Positions 35,394 through 48,407 of a stretch of DNA of 64,000 nucleotides are shown here, piece by piece; within the stretch, counting starts at the first letter, position 1, and each line of letters opens with the position of its first letter. The translations under genes and the position numbers were made by a program. The notes under the pieces were generated by a model. It worked only from the letters and a program-made list of their open reading frames with translations. It ran no database searches and was not told where the DNA came from. Source of the stretch: Tubulanus polymorphus (lineage: Eukaryota; Animalia; Nemertea). The stretch is taken from NCBI RefSeq assembly GCF_964204645.1, contig NC_134036.1:8744230-8808229 (forward strand). The letters are read 5' to 3'.

Positions 35394-36155
35394 TTACTCT
35401 TTACATCTTATAACTAATTCATATATCACAGGAAAGTTATTTAAATCAATTAAGTATCCATTATGATTTCTAATTTCTAATCTAAAATTATTAAAATGAG
35501 GAATGCATGGTTTGAAATCACATTCTGTTAAATTATAATTTATTTGCGTTCCAAATTCTTTAACATTCTTCAATGGTAAAATGTTTAGTAAACCAGAATT
35601 ACAAGTTATATCTTTAGTTGCTTCGAATGTTTTTGTAGGATCGATTAAATTGCAATAAATATAAAAATGTGTGTAAGGTATTAAGTTTGGTGTAGTAGCG
35701 TCAATATTTGTAAAAGATCTATCTGGAATAATTCCTAACAGTTTAGCTATAGGTTTTTTTACCATAAATTTATGTTTTTCACTATTAGACAACCTTATCT
35801 TTATTCTATCAGAACTCTCACTTTTTAAAAATCTAATACTAAACCCAGAACTACTACCTAATTTGTGCCAAGCTTTTCTATTAATTTCTTGTGCTAATGT
35901 ATCTAAATTATATAACCCCGGTTTTAAATATATATAGACCCATTCATTTTTATTTTTATTAAAAACTAAAAAGGCTCTATGTTCAATAGTTTTATTCGAT
36001 ATATTATAAAAAGAATTACATAAACTTATATTTACTAATTTTAAATCTACACAATTCTTAAATTCTCTATCTAATTGTACTAATAAATTATGTGATTTAT
36101 AATTTGTAAGTTTTCTAGAATCTACAAATATTCTGTATTCTTTTAATTCCACCAT
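35394..36155 (-). CDS. Minor capsid protein (penton-like, single jelly-roll)
   Basis: LKLVNISLCNSFYNIS...LKPGLYNLDTL...IYCNLID...LEIRNHNGYLIDLNNFPVIYEL pattern typical of Polinton/virophage pentons. Confidence 0.75.
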   Translation of the reverse strand: MVELKEYRIFVDSRKLTNYKSHNLLVQLDREFKNCVDLKLVNISLCNSFYNISNKTIEHRAFLVFNKNKNEWVYIYLKPGLYNLDTLAQEINRKAWHKLGSSSGFSIRFLKSESSDRIKIRLSNSEKHKFMVKKPIAKLLGIIPDRSFTNIDATTPNLIPYTHFYIYCNLIDPTKTFEATKDITCNSGLLNILPLKNVKEFGTQINYNLTECDFKPCIPHFNNFRLEIRNHNGYLIDLNNFPVIYELVIRCKE

Positions 36156-36172
36156 TTATTTTACATATTTTC

Positions 36173-36526
36173 TTATTCGAAATCTATTTCATGGTGCCCC
36201 TTTTCATTCTTACCTTTGTATACGAAATAGAAATCTCCAGAACATAATTCTTCTAAATCTTCACTTGATAATCTATGAAATCTATCCGGTAAATATGTTC
36301 TGAATTTATGTGTATTTCCTTTTAATCCTTCATATTCTAAGTGTATAACTAATTTATCTCCATAGTTATTAGTAACTGTAACAATATTTGTAATTAGATA
36401 TTTCTTATGGATTGTTAATTCTGTTAACTTTTTGAATTTATATTCTACAGATTTTACATTTGTTATATCTTTTATTCTATCTAGAAATAATTTGTTGTTC
36501 TCACTGTGTGCTAGTTTACTCTCCAT
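36173..36526 (-). CDS. Small beta-rich protein, possible OB-fold ssDNA-binding protein
   Basis: FKKLTEL...YLI......NYGDKLVIHL...TYLPDRF, directly downstream of pPolB. Function inferred. Confidence 0.55.
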   Translation of the reverse strand: MESKLAHSENNKLFLDRIKDITNVKSVEYKFKKLTELTIHKKYLITNIVTVTNNYGDKLVIHLEYEGLKGNTHKFRTYLPDRFHRLSSEDLEELCSGDFYFVYKGKNEKGHHEIDFE

Positions 36527-36555
36527 TTTAATAACATATTTTTATTAAAATTTGA

Positions 36556-39500
36556 TTAACACGTTAGAATTCTTTTCATTATCTCGTTCTCTTTTGTTTC
36601 TTCTCTTTTAAATTTTAAGTATTCATCTAAATTACAACCATAAGCAACTGTATGAATTCCATCATCTAATATATATCGTTTATCATCAAATGGGTTTAGA
36701 CTTATCTTTTCAATTTCTTCAATAAACATTTCATGATCTTCAGATCTTAAACATCTCATCTTATGTTTTCTAACTTCTTCATTGAATATACAATCGATGT
36801 AATCTTTGAAATGAATATTCTTTTCTACTACACTTTTGGTTATTCCTTTTAACTTTTTAGCTTCATGAGTTTTGGTTTTATATGAATACATTTTAGATCT
36901 AATACCAATGAACTCTATCATTTCTTCACCACCTAATTCATCTTTGAATTTACCGGGAACTTTTTTATTATCATTGCTAAACAATTCATGATTTTTAGGA
37001 TAATTACTAAAATCAAAATGGTGTTTTAATGTTTTTAAATCATCAGTTATGTTATCAGTTTTTATCTTTAATATGTAAGAATCTGTATCAAAGTATAGTA
37101 TTTCTATGTGTTTTTCCCCAAAATGAGGTTGTAATATATTATAATAGAATTCATACATTAGGAATTTTGATAATTCTAAAACTGCAGCTCCAACATAAAT
37201 CGGTTTGTTAAATTTCATACTTGTTCTTTTCATTTTAACTGCTGCTAAATTTTCATCAAATATTCTATTACCTATAAACTTAGGATACGATTGTAAATGC
37301 CTTATCCTTTTACCATTACTAACTAACTCAATATCATTTCTATTTCTAATATTTTCACAAGTCTTACCATAGAATGCATTATTCATTAACTTAAAAAAAT
37401 CTTTTTCAAAATCAGTTTTAGATTTAGTTCTCTGTGTAGTATTAAAATCTATATATTTTTCTAACCATTTAGATTGACTGAATGAAATATATCTATGTAC
37501 TTTTTTTAATATCATTCCTTGTCTCAAATAAAACTTCAACATTCTATAATGTACTACATAATTATATTTATCTTCTTGAGTTACCATTAACTTTTCAGTA
37601 TGAATATGATTATCGGGTTTAATTCTTTTTTGATAATTTGATAATTCTTCATGTTTAACAGTTTTATGTTCGGGACAATATGCTAGATTTCTAGATTTGA
37701 ATTTAATATTTTCAGGGTATTCTAAATCTACAACAAAGAAGTAACCAGTATCTGAATCATCTGCAATATCTAGAATTCTTTTCTTCCAATCAAATTTATC
37801 AATTTGTAAAACTTCAGTTATTTCAAACATCCCATAAGGTTGTGGTTCCATCATTGCCCAACCATAAAGATTATTTGCATCTATGTATAATAATTTATAT
37901 CCAGGATTATCATTTACATTGAAATATCTATCACCCAATACACCTGAAACACCTCCTCTTATAGATTTTTCAAATAATAGTAATTGATCTATATTTGTTA
38001 ACAAATCCATTTTTATATCTGTAAATTTTAATCCACAATCCCATGTTAATCCTGGTGATGAATAACAATGACAAGGATCAATATTGAAATATTTTAGGTT
38101 TACATCTCTAAACCTTTCGAATATATCGGTTAATAATAATACATCTGATTTTAAATATAAATCTACTAATTGCCCATGATTTTCTATTTTGAAATGATTC
38201 CAAATATTCAATGTTCTATTATAGACTTCATCTTTAACATATTCATTTTTTAATTCATCATAAAATTGTTCTTTCAATAATTCAGTTATTTTAAAATCAT
38301 TATGATTTTTATAGAAAGAATATGGAATTGCACCTTTATATCTCATTAATTTAAAATCATCATTATTTGGGTAATATTCTTTTAATATCTTCAATTCATC
38401 ATCAACTAATGATTTTGATAAGTTATCTAATGAACTATTTAAAAATCTATATGAATCTATAAATCTTAGACAACCAAATTGGAATGATATATAATTCTCA
38501 GATGTTTTAGCTAACATTCTAAATTTATAAGTTGGTATTTTATCTTTTGATCTATTTGAATTTAATATTTCTATTTCATTATTGATTTCTTCTATTTTAT
38601 GACATAGCTGTTTGATAAATAAATGTGCATCATATCCTGATAGATTATGAAATATAACTGGTACAAAGTTAATTTTCTTAGCTTGTAAGTTACAATTCTC
38701 ATGTGCAGCGCCTCTAAACTTTCCATTCAAATGATCATGGTCCCTTACTTTTTTATCTTTATAATTAAATATCTTTTCACAATAATAACATTTATCTGCA
38801 AACTCAAATTCTTCTTTATCTTCTTCTGTCATAATTATTTCTATATTTTTATTCAACTTTTCATTAAATTTTATTTCATATTCAATTAATAAGTCACAAA
38901 AATGATTGATAACATTTTCATTTCTGTAATTATAATATTCACTTTCAATTAGTTCTGGATAATTAGATTTAATATATAACCCGAAAGCTGCAGCTGATTG
39001 ATGAATCTTTTTAATAGTATTTGTTTTTGGTGGTTCTTCTGAATAATCACTTTCATTAGAATTTAATTTCTTTCTTTTATAATATATATCTTTTCTATCT
39101 TTATCTGTTAATTCAAAATCTCCATATATTACAAATGGTACTTTATTTTTGTAATCATATTTTTTGAATTCTAATATTTTATCTTTTTCATTTGGTAAAA
39201 CTAATTTACAATAATCATGATTATCACATAATTGTTTATGATTTAATAATGTACTTTCATTACTAAATTTATGTAAACATTTTCAACATAGATATATTTT
39301 ATTATGGTGATCACTTTCTGTTCTAAAAAATAAATCTATTTGTTTAATCCACATATAATGATTCTCATAATATAGTATATCTATAACATCATTTGAATCA
39401 TAATCTTTTGATAGATATAAAGGTTCTAATGTATAATGTTTTATGTTGTTACCTTTTGTATTTGGTAATTTGATTAAATCAAATACATTTATCTTTATAT

Positions 39501-40575
39501 TATTATCTCTTTCTATTTTTGGGATGTTTTTAATTCTAACAGGATACTTATCTATCTTATAATTACTTTCAAATGGTTTATAATGAGTTAATCTAAAACT
39601 ATGTTGTTTATAATCTTCAACTGGGTGTAAGCAACTTATAATTGTCCATAGAAAACATTTATCATCTTCATTTTGTACATTTATTACAGCATTAGTTTTA
39701 AATGGTAGTTTAATATAACTTGATGCTTCAATATTTGGTTCTTTATAATATGATACATTATTTTCATCAATTGGTTTTGATTTAGTTAACTTATTATATT
39801 TTGTGTTATAAACATGTAAAGTTATAAATATTATCTCATCAAATATTAAACCAGATCCTTCAAAATATTTCTCTTCTATTTTAGTTTTTATTTCATTATA
39901 ACATTTATTTAATTTATCATCTATATGTTGTTTAGATATAATATGTTGTGAATGAGAATTTATATTATATATTGGTTTATCTTCAGATTTTATAAACTTT
40001 ACTTTAACTGATATACTAATTTTAGGATATTCAACATCTGTAATTATTTTTATTATTTCTTTCATATTTTCTAAATGTTTTTTATTTTCTTCTAATGTTT
40101 TTCCTTTATGAAATTTAAACTCGATAGCTGCTGGACCAATATCACTTTTAAATGCTTCGGTTATTTCTATATCTTTTTTATTATCTAATGAATTAATATA
40201 ATTTCTTACATCTTCCATGTATGGTCTTTTATTGTTTAATTTATTTTTTATGCTTTTAATTGTCTTCTGTTTCTTATCGTTATCATTATCAAAATAATCT
40301 TCACATAAAATATCATTATTCTTATTTCTAATATGACTTATAGATTTTAAATGTTCTTTATAATATCTTTTATCACTGAATGATTGATTACATGTATCAC
40401 ATTTATATGTTTCTTTTTCATTCTTTAATTCTTCTAATTTAGTTTCTAATATATCATCTTTATATTCTAGTTTCAATTTATTCTCTAAATGTGTTTTAGT
40501 TTTATTGTGTCTTGCTTTTTGGGATTTATCGATATTGATATTACATGTTGGACAGTAGTACTTATTTGCTTCCAT
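36556..40575 (-). pseudogene. Protein-primed family B DNA polymerase (~1339 codons), single in-frame TGA at 39283-39285
   Basis: Exo YGDFE, FHNLSGYD, YLKSDV; pol YIDANNLYG, KLMNNAFYGKT, YFDTDS; EndoVII-like CYYC...DHDH...H..CN; N-terminal zinc fingers. The frame is continuous across both listed ORFs. Confidence 0.95.
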
Positions 40576-41049
40576 TTTAATACTAAATTTTTTATTAAAA
40601 TTGATTTTAGAAGTTCAATGATTTAAATGTTATTCATTTATATGAATATTTTAAGAGTAATAGGGGTAATGGGCTTTCGGGTTAAAGGTTGAATGGTCGA
40701 GTTCATTAAAAACATATATTAAAAGTAATTTAAAACTATAATATATTTTCATAACCGTGTGTATTTCAGTTGAATAATAGAATAATTATTATCATTTGAA
40801 TATATTTGATTATATGAATTTGTGTATTGTAAATAAATCAATTGGTCGCGGAGCGGAGCGGTAGCGAAGCAGAGCGACCAATTGATTTAATACAATATGC
40901 TTTTTAAATTATTGATTTCTTAGAATAAATATTTAGTTTTAATATAAAATACACACGGTTATGAAAATATATTATAGTTTTTAATTACTTTTAATGTTTT
41001 GTTTTTTAATGAGCTCGACCGTTCGACCTTTGAACTGAAAGCCCATTAC
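40463..41049 (-). repeat. Right terminal inverted repeat; outer part (40666-41049) is a ~385-bp imperfect palindrome
   Basis: GTAATGGGCTTTC...GAAAGCCCATTAC; inner stems AAAACTATAATATATTTTCATAACCGTGTGTATTT and AAATCAATTGGTCGC with their complements. Confidence 0.9.
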
Positions 41050-42269
41050 AACACAATTTTTAAAAATAAAATGGCTATTCGAATGCTATTTCAATAATAA
41101 CTTGATTCAACCAGAGAGAAATAAGTCAATTGCGGATGTACAGTACACCCACTTTTTCTTCCCTGTTTCCTGGTACCAAATTTTTAGTGTTAAGCTAAGC
41201 GATATTCTAAGGTATGCTAGTGGATTTTATTAGAATATGAAGCAATGGAACCAGAATTCTAGCCAGAGTTAAGCGAACTATTGATTCTGATATAATGTAA
41301 GAACTGATTTCCTTTGTGTACTCTTGCAGAATGTGTCATGTATTATTTTAAGCTGTTAAATAATATAGTTAGACAAACGTCCAATTATTGGATCTTTCTT
41401 GTTGACTCGTTTAATTTTGTGAGTTAAGAGTTACAGTCAATCCACAATGCGCAGTGCCTAGCCTTCATCTACACTAAAGCCAAGCCTGTGTATGGGAAAA
41501 TATCGTTCGACTCCTATAGGCCAGACAAATCAAAGCATGCAATACATTGCAGATAGTAGTCTCCGGCAAGTCGAAAGAGAAAGTAAACCAGGTTTTACCC
41601 CGTACCCTACCCGGGAACAAAGACACTTAAAGACTCCTTCCTCCTTGTAGAAATTGTAGAAATATGACACCCAATCGTAGCAATGCTAAGTACAGTATAC
41701 TATGACGGTTGAACCTTTATTAACGAATTTCAATGACACCGAAAATAGAATCAAAATAATCATTAGTTCCATGCTAGCACTTAATTTGGGTTATCAGGTT
41801 CAGCCTAACTGTACTTTCATTCAGCTACAACTTGTATGAGACTTGGCAATGATAAGTTGCAAGAAATCACCAAACATAAGAAAAAATATTGTGAATTAAT
41901 ATTACCGTAATTAAGAATTTATTCAAATGAAGTGACAACTTCATTGTTAGATCGTACCGGTATATGCACATAAAACTATAGCAAAATAGCACATCTAACA
42001 ATCCACGCAATCGATCAAGTCGATCATGACGACGACCTAAAGGCATGTCTCTGTAACCGAAGCTAGAGCATAAAACACGGGTCAGGACTCGTCAGCGGAC
42101 ACCGGCCCGGAAAACATTTCAAAACGTGTATTGTCGGTACCTAGCACGATTTCAGCGTTTTTCGGGAATTCCCTGAAATTTCGGCGTTTGTCGGAAATTC
42201 CCTGAAATTTCAGCGTTTTTATTTCAGCGTTTCAGCTTTTCAGTGTTTCAGCTTTTTCAGCGAAGTTCA

Positions 42270-42642
42270 GGAACCGCTTTTAGGGGGTGCTGTACGCGCA
42301 TGGCACTTGTAAAATCTTAAAATCGCTACTCGTCCTACAATTATTATCCAATCTTGACAAAGTTTGCTATGTTGATATTATGGGCCAAGGGCTAAAATAT
42401 TATTGAGCCGTTTTCCCAATTTGACCTCTAGGGGATGCTGTACAGGTCACACTTGTAAAATCTTTCAATTGCTACTTGTCTTACAACAATTATCTGATCT
42501 TGACAAAACTCGATATGGGCCAAGGGCTAAAGAGTTTTAGAGTCATTTCCTGGATTTGAACACTTGAGCGTGCTGTGCAGGTGGTCCTTGTAAAATCTTA
42601 TCATGAAACAGCGGAGCTGTATCAGCCGACAGGCTGCTTGTT
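42270..42642 (+). repeat. ~145-bp tandem units ending in a GC-rich stretch and CTTGTT (Helentron/HINE-like remnant)
   Basis: GGTGCTGTAC...CTTGTAAAATCTT...ATGGGCCAAGGGCTAAA repeated 2-3 times. Family assignment tentative. Confidence 0.45.
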
Positions 42643-43309
42643 TCATTCATTTCATTTAAACGTTTCTCAACCTTATTCAGATTCAGTTCTGTAAAATTTG
42701 TTCAACATCATATGTACTTCCTGAAACCTGAAACTCGCGCTCAATGTCGTAAGAGTCAGGTTAAGCAAAAAGAAAAAAATGAAAACTACTGGTTATTATG
42801 TGATGCATGAATTAAAGCCTGCATCGTTCACAAGTGTACATTAGAATAATTCTCCAACCAGATATGATATGGTTTAAACCTAGTAAAGATAGGAAAAGTA
42901 AAAAGGAATTGTATCTGTAATTCTTATATGTTCTTATACATTATAACATGACCAGAAAAGGGATCTCCCTGCCCATACTGAAACAGATTCATGAAAAACA
43001 AAATTAGAGATCACTTTGATGCTTAGAGATTGCTCCTATTAAATTTGCTGTACTCGAGTATACGCCTATGTTTGATATTTCTAGGATGAAAACTGTGACC
43101 ACAATGCAGAAGTGGAAGTGAAATACTTAACTAGCCTGCGAATAAGTAAATGTTATTTCAAGCGTGGAAAAATGCTGACATCTCTCATCCTCGGCAGGGA
43201 TTTGAACCTGATGGCATCGCAAGACCCTGCCTGTCTGATTAGCTTTAGTGCGCGTGTATTTGTGGGCCTAGCCAAACGTCCTGTTGTACAATTTTGTTGC
43301 AAAAACGGA

Positions 43310-43463
43310 CGCAGAAACGAAGTTCGTTTCTGCGCGGCGCAAAAACGAGAAATCAGCGCGCTAAAACGCGCCAAAACGGGCGCTAAAATGAAGTTTCGTT
43401 TCTGCGCTCGTTTTGGCGCATTTCTCGCGGTAAATTTCGATTTTGCGCCACGCAGAAACGAAG
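43310..43463. mobile_element. Small palindromic MITE
   Basis: TTCGTTTCTGCGCGGCGCAAAA (~43323) versus TTTTGCGCCACGCAGAAACGAA (~43441). Confidence 0.65.
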
Positions 43464-45338
43464 ATATATATTTTTGCATGGTATATTGCACGGAATTTAT
43501 TTTTTTTAACTTGGCCCTCATCAGCCACCATAGATAAGACCCATTTTCTGCGAGAAAACTACCAACAGACATATATCACTACAGAAAATTTAGAGAGCTA
43601 GTATTAATATTTAACACAAATTAATTTTGTAAAAACTTTAGCGATTATAGAGACTTTGTTCTTAATACGGGATATCGACAAATTCAAGTTCTTGAATTAC
43701 TCGTTTGATGGCGCTAGTCAGAAACGGAATCGGAACCTAAATCTGCCATCTGCTAGTTCATTTGTAATAGAAATCTCTCGCTTCAAGTTTTTAATTAGCG
43801 ATATTTTACTTACTATACATCGACACGCATAATCCTTTAAATATGATATCCTGACAATGTGATGAATTCGATAAGGCATCACTTCGAAAGCTAAAGATCA
43901 CTAGAAATGTAAAAAAAACTACAAAAAATCACAAATTTAGCGATGACGCTGGATGCAGCTAATGCAAGTAATGACTGGTGACGGTGCCATCACTTAGTTG
44001 TTAAGTTCAAGACTCTGAGGTGAATTTATTGCAGGCTACAATGTTAAATCCTTTTAAGATTTTAATATATTAATATAATATTTACTCGTCATGCAATGTG
44101 GATAATATTTGATTACGAAGACAAAACACGCGTAAACTTGATGGAAATCAACAAATTCAAGTTTGATCAAATCGCCAAGCTTCAAAAGTTACTCGAATTT
44201 AAATAATAGGTTAGATGGTGCACGAGTTAGCGGGATTTAGTGTGAGATTTAAAAACGTAATACGACCAGAGTCGCAATCTTAACTAATAAATAATAAGTA
44301 ATAAAACTAATAATATAACTAATAAGTAATGAAATCAAGGTTCCTTTCGTATATTGGCTATATCGGTGTCGTTTTCATTGTTTTATGATTTCGTTTAATC
44401 GTTTTTGTTATTTCAGCAGCGCATACCAACCTTGGTTGAGCGTGCGTGATCAGTCTTGAAATTGGTATTCATGCGCGGCTTAGTGCTGCCGACAATTCAA
44501 TTCATTCTTTATTGACACAATAATACATTTACTTTCACGCTTTTGAAAAATTCTTTTAATTTTCTTTTACTTTCATTGGGGGCTTGCGTATCGGCCATTT
44601 GAAAAAATCTCTGTATGAACATTTATATTTTTCAGTGTAAATATCGAAAACGTAAAACCCGCTTTTCTGTAAAATAAATTCTGAATTGAATTGAAGACTG
44701 ATTCCCTGCCTCTTCAAAGAGCCAGGGGGCGGTAGTCTATGGTAGCAATAAACTTTAGGAGTAAACTTTATCGTATGGTCGTAGTCGATTGTCGTTTGAA
44801 GGAGATGCAACTGATTCTTGCTTAATGTCTTTATTATTCTAAAAAGGCAAATCGTGGCTCCTATCTACTTTCGTGTGCGGCTTCTCTTCACTTAAAGACA
44901 CTCGAGTTAGTCACGGTTTTTTTTCTTCTAGCTGTAAATTTTTCTATGCAAAATAATTTCAACACAATCCGATACGTAATCTAGCAATTATCAACATGAT
45001 GATAGTTTCCGTTAAGACACTACAATATTCAAATAACAACTATCCAAAAGCTTGCACTAACATGGTCAACATTTACAATAAAACCATCCCGATATTCCCA
45101 GTCCCCGTGTGTAACATTTCATGTACGATGTACGACAACACCGATCTCTTAGCTCTTTAAGTAATCAGTTCAAAGTTCGATTAATTCTACTAAAGAAATA
45201 TAAAACCACCAAGCAAGCTTTCAGTACAACCATGTCAGCAAGCCCATTTTTAGAATTTCTTTCTTGTTGTATCTCTAGGTTGGAACGGGAACCTGTTATA
45301 TAACCAAACCAACCAAACCCCATTTTCTTTTCTTGCAG

Positions 45339-46757
45339 GACACGACAGAGGTGCCACAGTTGCCACGATTATTTTGCAGATTTATCGTCGCATCAGGAAA
45401 AATGTGACTGCATTCCCCGGGAGGGGGTACCGTACGAGTCTACGACCTGTGAGCGTAACGGCCCACGGGCAGCGGTGTTGTCATATCGCGGGAAGACGGA
45501 ATCGTGGAATTTTCCAAAAACGCGGAATTTCTTCATTTTAACTATAAATAGTAAACGGGTTTTCCCACGGGGATACCCACTGTCGGACAGGGCATCGGAC
45601 CCAGGTTTTCAACCACGGGAATTTGTATTTGATAATTTATTATATCGCCAGTCAACAACTTAACGATACTGTTCCAAATAATGTAGAACCTAGGCAATAC
45701 GTGCTTTGCGAATTCAGTGATACAGAGTATCGCTGCATTAACTGAAGGAATACGAATCGATGGTACGTAAACGTAGGATTTTTGATGACACCATGGGTGA
45801 TTCTCCAGGACTCAGTTCCGAGATAAGATTTGACTCTGGTCTCTGGATTTAAAACATTGGAAATGAATTGATTCTAAGTAACTGAGAGTTAACTCACAAC
45901 TGTGGAACTGGATCGATGTCAGACGAAAATAAATAGACATTATGTACATTTCATTCTGGCTTAGGATTGTTCATGCGTGTTGTGTGTCTACATTGTTGTT
46001 ATAAGCGAATGTGGTTTATCTTTTAGAATTAAATGATATGAAAGATTATAAAATGGTTTCGTTTTTTTAATGTTTTCTTTGTGACTGCTATAACATATAT
46101 GTTCCTATGCTGATTATTCGGATCGAAAGAATCTCATTGGTACCGGTACTGGACGAATTTGACGAAGGAATTTGAACCGATTCTTGTTTAGGCGTAGGAT
46201 TTCATGTTTGCAACCATCTACAACTACGATCCGACACCGCGAACGTGCTCAATATCTATCTGATAATATTCGTTTCTGAAGTTCTCAAAAAGTCGATGAA
46301 CTTCGATAACCGAAGTTTGCCCAGTAGAAATAGACATTATGTGCCTGGTCTCTTTCACCCCACTTGATTCTGACTTCTTCTACAGGTGGCAGCCAGTCCA
46401 CGGTATCGTAATATAATAATTCCATATAAAATTGCCTGCAAATAATGGGACTCGAACCTAACTCGTTGCATCGATCGGTCCGGTGCCCTGTCCGCGTTCC
46501 CCGTGGGAAAACCCGTTTTCTATTTAAAGTAAAAATGAAGAAATTCCGCGTTTTTGGAAAATTCCGCGATTCCGTCTTTCCGCGATATGACAACACCGCA
46601 CGGGCAGTATCAATTCGGCGCCACGCTCGTCGAGATCATAATGGTGAACGGCGACACCCCACGGTGAAGGTCGTCGAGGTCCCAATTCGCGACCGAACGT
46701 CCAATGGACGTCAGAGTACCGGGGAGCCGTCGACGAAGAAGCGGAAGAGCGGAGATG
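45339..46757 (+). pseudogene. Zinc-finger exon interrupted by a DNA transposon
   Basis: Follows a TCTTGCAG acceptor. Removing 45473-46607 restores CHSCHDYFADLSSHQEKC...YESTTCERNGPRAVSIRRHARRDH...KKRKS. Confidence 0.55.
45473..46598. mobile_element. Non-autonomous TIR DNA transposon, ~100-bp TIRs, 9-bp TSD (MULE-like)
   Basis: CGGTGTTGTCATATCGCGG...CCGCGATATGACAACACCG, flanked by CACGGGCAG at 45464-45472 and 46599-46607. Confidence 0.9.
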
Positions 46758-48407
46758 CCCACACAACATTCTTGATCGGCCCCATATCGGCCCGACATTG
46801 GCAATGTGGGCACTTCATCGGCATCAATGCCGATGTGCAGCCAATATTTGGCCAATGTAAAATTCTTGGCAGAATTCTATGTTAAAAAACGGGTAGAGCA
46901 AATATATGGTTAATTTTGGTTACTTTATCATTGAAAACGAGACCCGCACTGTAAAGTGGGGAAAAAATATCTCTCATCGGTCCGACATTGGCCCAACACT
47001 GGCTGCGAAGAAAAATGGTGGCGCCACTGTACGGTACATGCAATGACTAACAGTTTTGAGTAATAATTGCCCCAAATCTTTCTATTATACTCTTAATATC
47101 TTTCATTTTCATCGTCACAATAAATAATATCATAGACATTGAATCGACATATGATAATTAATGATAATAATTTAACAGTTATAGATCTGAAAAACTCAAA
47201 AACAAAGTTTTGATTTGATTTATCAAATTCATCTATTATCTAATGATTAATCTATCATTTAAATTATATAAACGTTTTCATTCTATTTAAAACCGATATC
47301 AATAAATTAGTACATTAGAAAAATAAGTAAATTAGTTAACAAATTGTCATTGGTTATGGAGTTTTACGATTAATCGAAATTTCCTTCTTTTTATGGCGAT
47401 ATTTTAGTTTAATGAAGAATTCGATTTTAACAAATGCAGCTATTTTCAAGCATGTTTGCATTCATTTTTGATTTAATTTCTTAAATTAGAAGCGTAATCA
47501 TAGGCTAACCACTCATTATTGAAATGGTGCTTTATTTTCAACGGGGGTCTGGATGTCTTAGCATCATAAATTAAGATGTGCATTTTGGTGTGTTCGAATT
47601 ATTTTATATTAATTTCGCATAATCGTTGATTTAAAAAAAATAAATATGCTGTATCTATAATGGATTTATGTGGATCTATCAACGCATTCTAAAGAAATCT
47701 TCCGAACTGAAGCCGAATTTAATAGAAAATATAGCTGCAAAGCAGCGATGACGGGTTTTCTGTAAAGCCATTCAGAATGATGGGAATTGTAGTAAATTGA
47801 AATATCGATACATAGAATTAAATGCATTGACAGATTCGAACCTAATATGCAACCACTGTGTAAGCGTCAAATATGATTCAGCTTTGAAACCGAACATACG
47901 TGGACGTACAATCACAAATATTAATATATTTGACCAGGCACTTATTTTGGCATTCAAACATCATGATACTGTATTATCACCATCCTTAAAAATGGATCTG
48001 TCCTATTAAGAACTCATCTTAAGCACCTGCTGAGCCGATAGATTGAGTGAATTCACAGATAAGAACGTATTATGATTTAGAATAGATTTAAGAAGTTAAT
48101 GTTTTTATATATTGAAATATTTGAATAAATACATATATTGTAATGTAGATTCAATCAATAAATTATGAATTGATTTGGTCTGGGTTTCCGGCTGATGTTG
48201 ATTTTGGCTCTTATGGATTACAAATTCTACAGTGATAAACAATTGATACCTGCAACATGTGTGTAAATCAAACCTATTCCACTAGTTGCGTGTGTTTCCT
48301 AATAAACGGGAGAGTCACTCTTGATCTGAGTTATTAGAACTAGGGGTCCAGGGACACCATGCCCACTTGGGAAGTGGTTCCAAATGCTCAACAATCTAAC
48401 AATTCAG

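Larger units (their letters stand above)
23154..41049. mobile_element. Polinton/Maverick (adintovirus-like) endogenous dsDNA virus, ~17.9 kb, nearly complete
   Basis: pPolB, rve integrase, A32-like ATPase, MCP and penton-like genes; extreme AT richness; inverted termini starting AGTAAT. The last ~10 nt of the right end are missing. Confidence 0.95.

Noticed and set aside
43112-43572. Paired 141/139-aa ORFs on both strands
   Set aside because: They span a palindromic MITE; no protein motif.
45475-46596. Two ORFs beginning MLSYRGKTES
   Set aside because: Translations of the two TIRs of the transposon.
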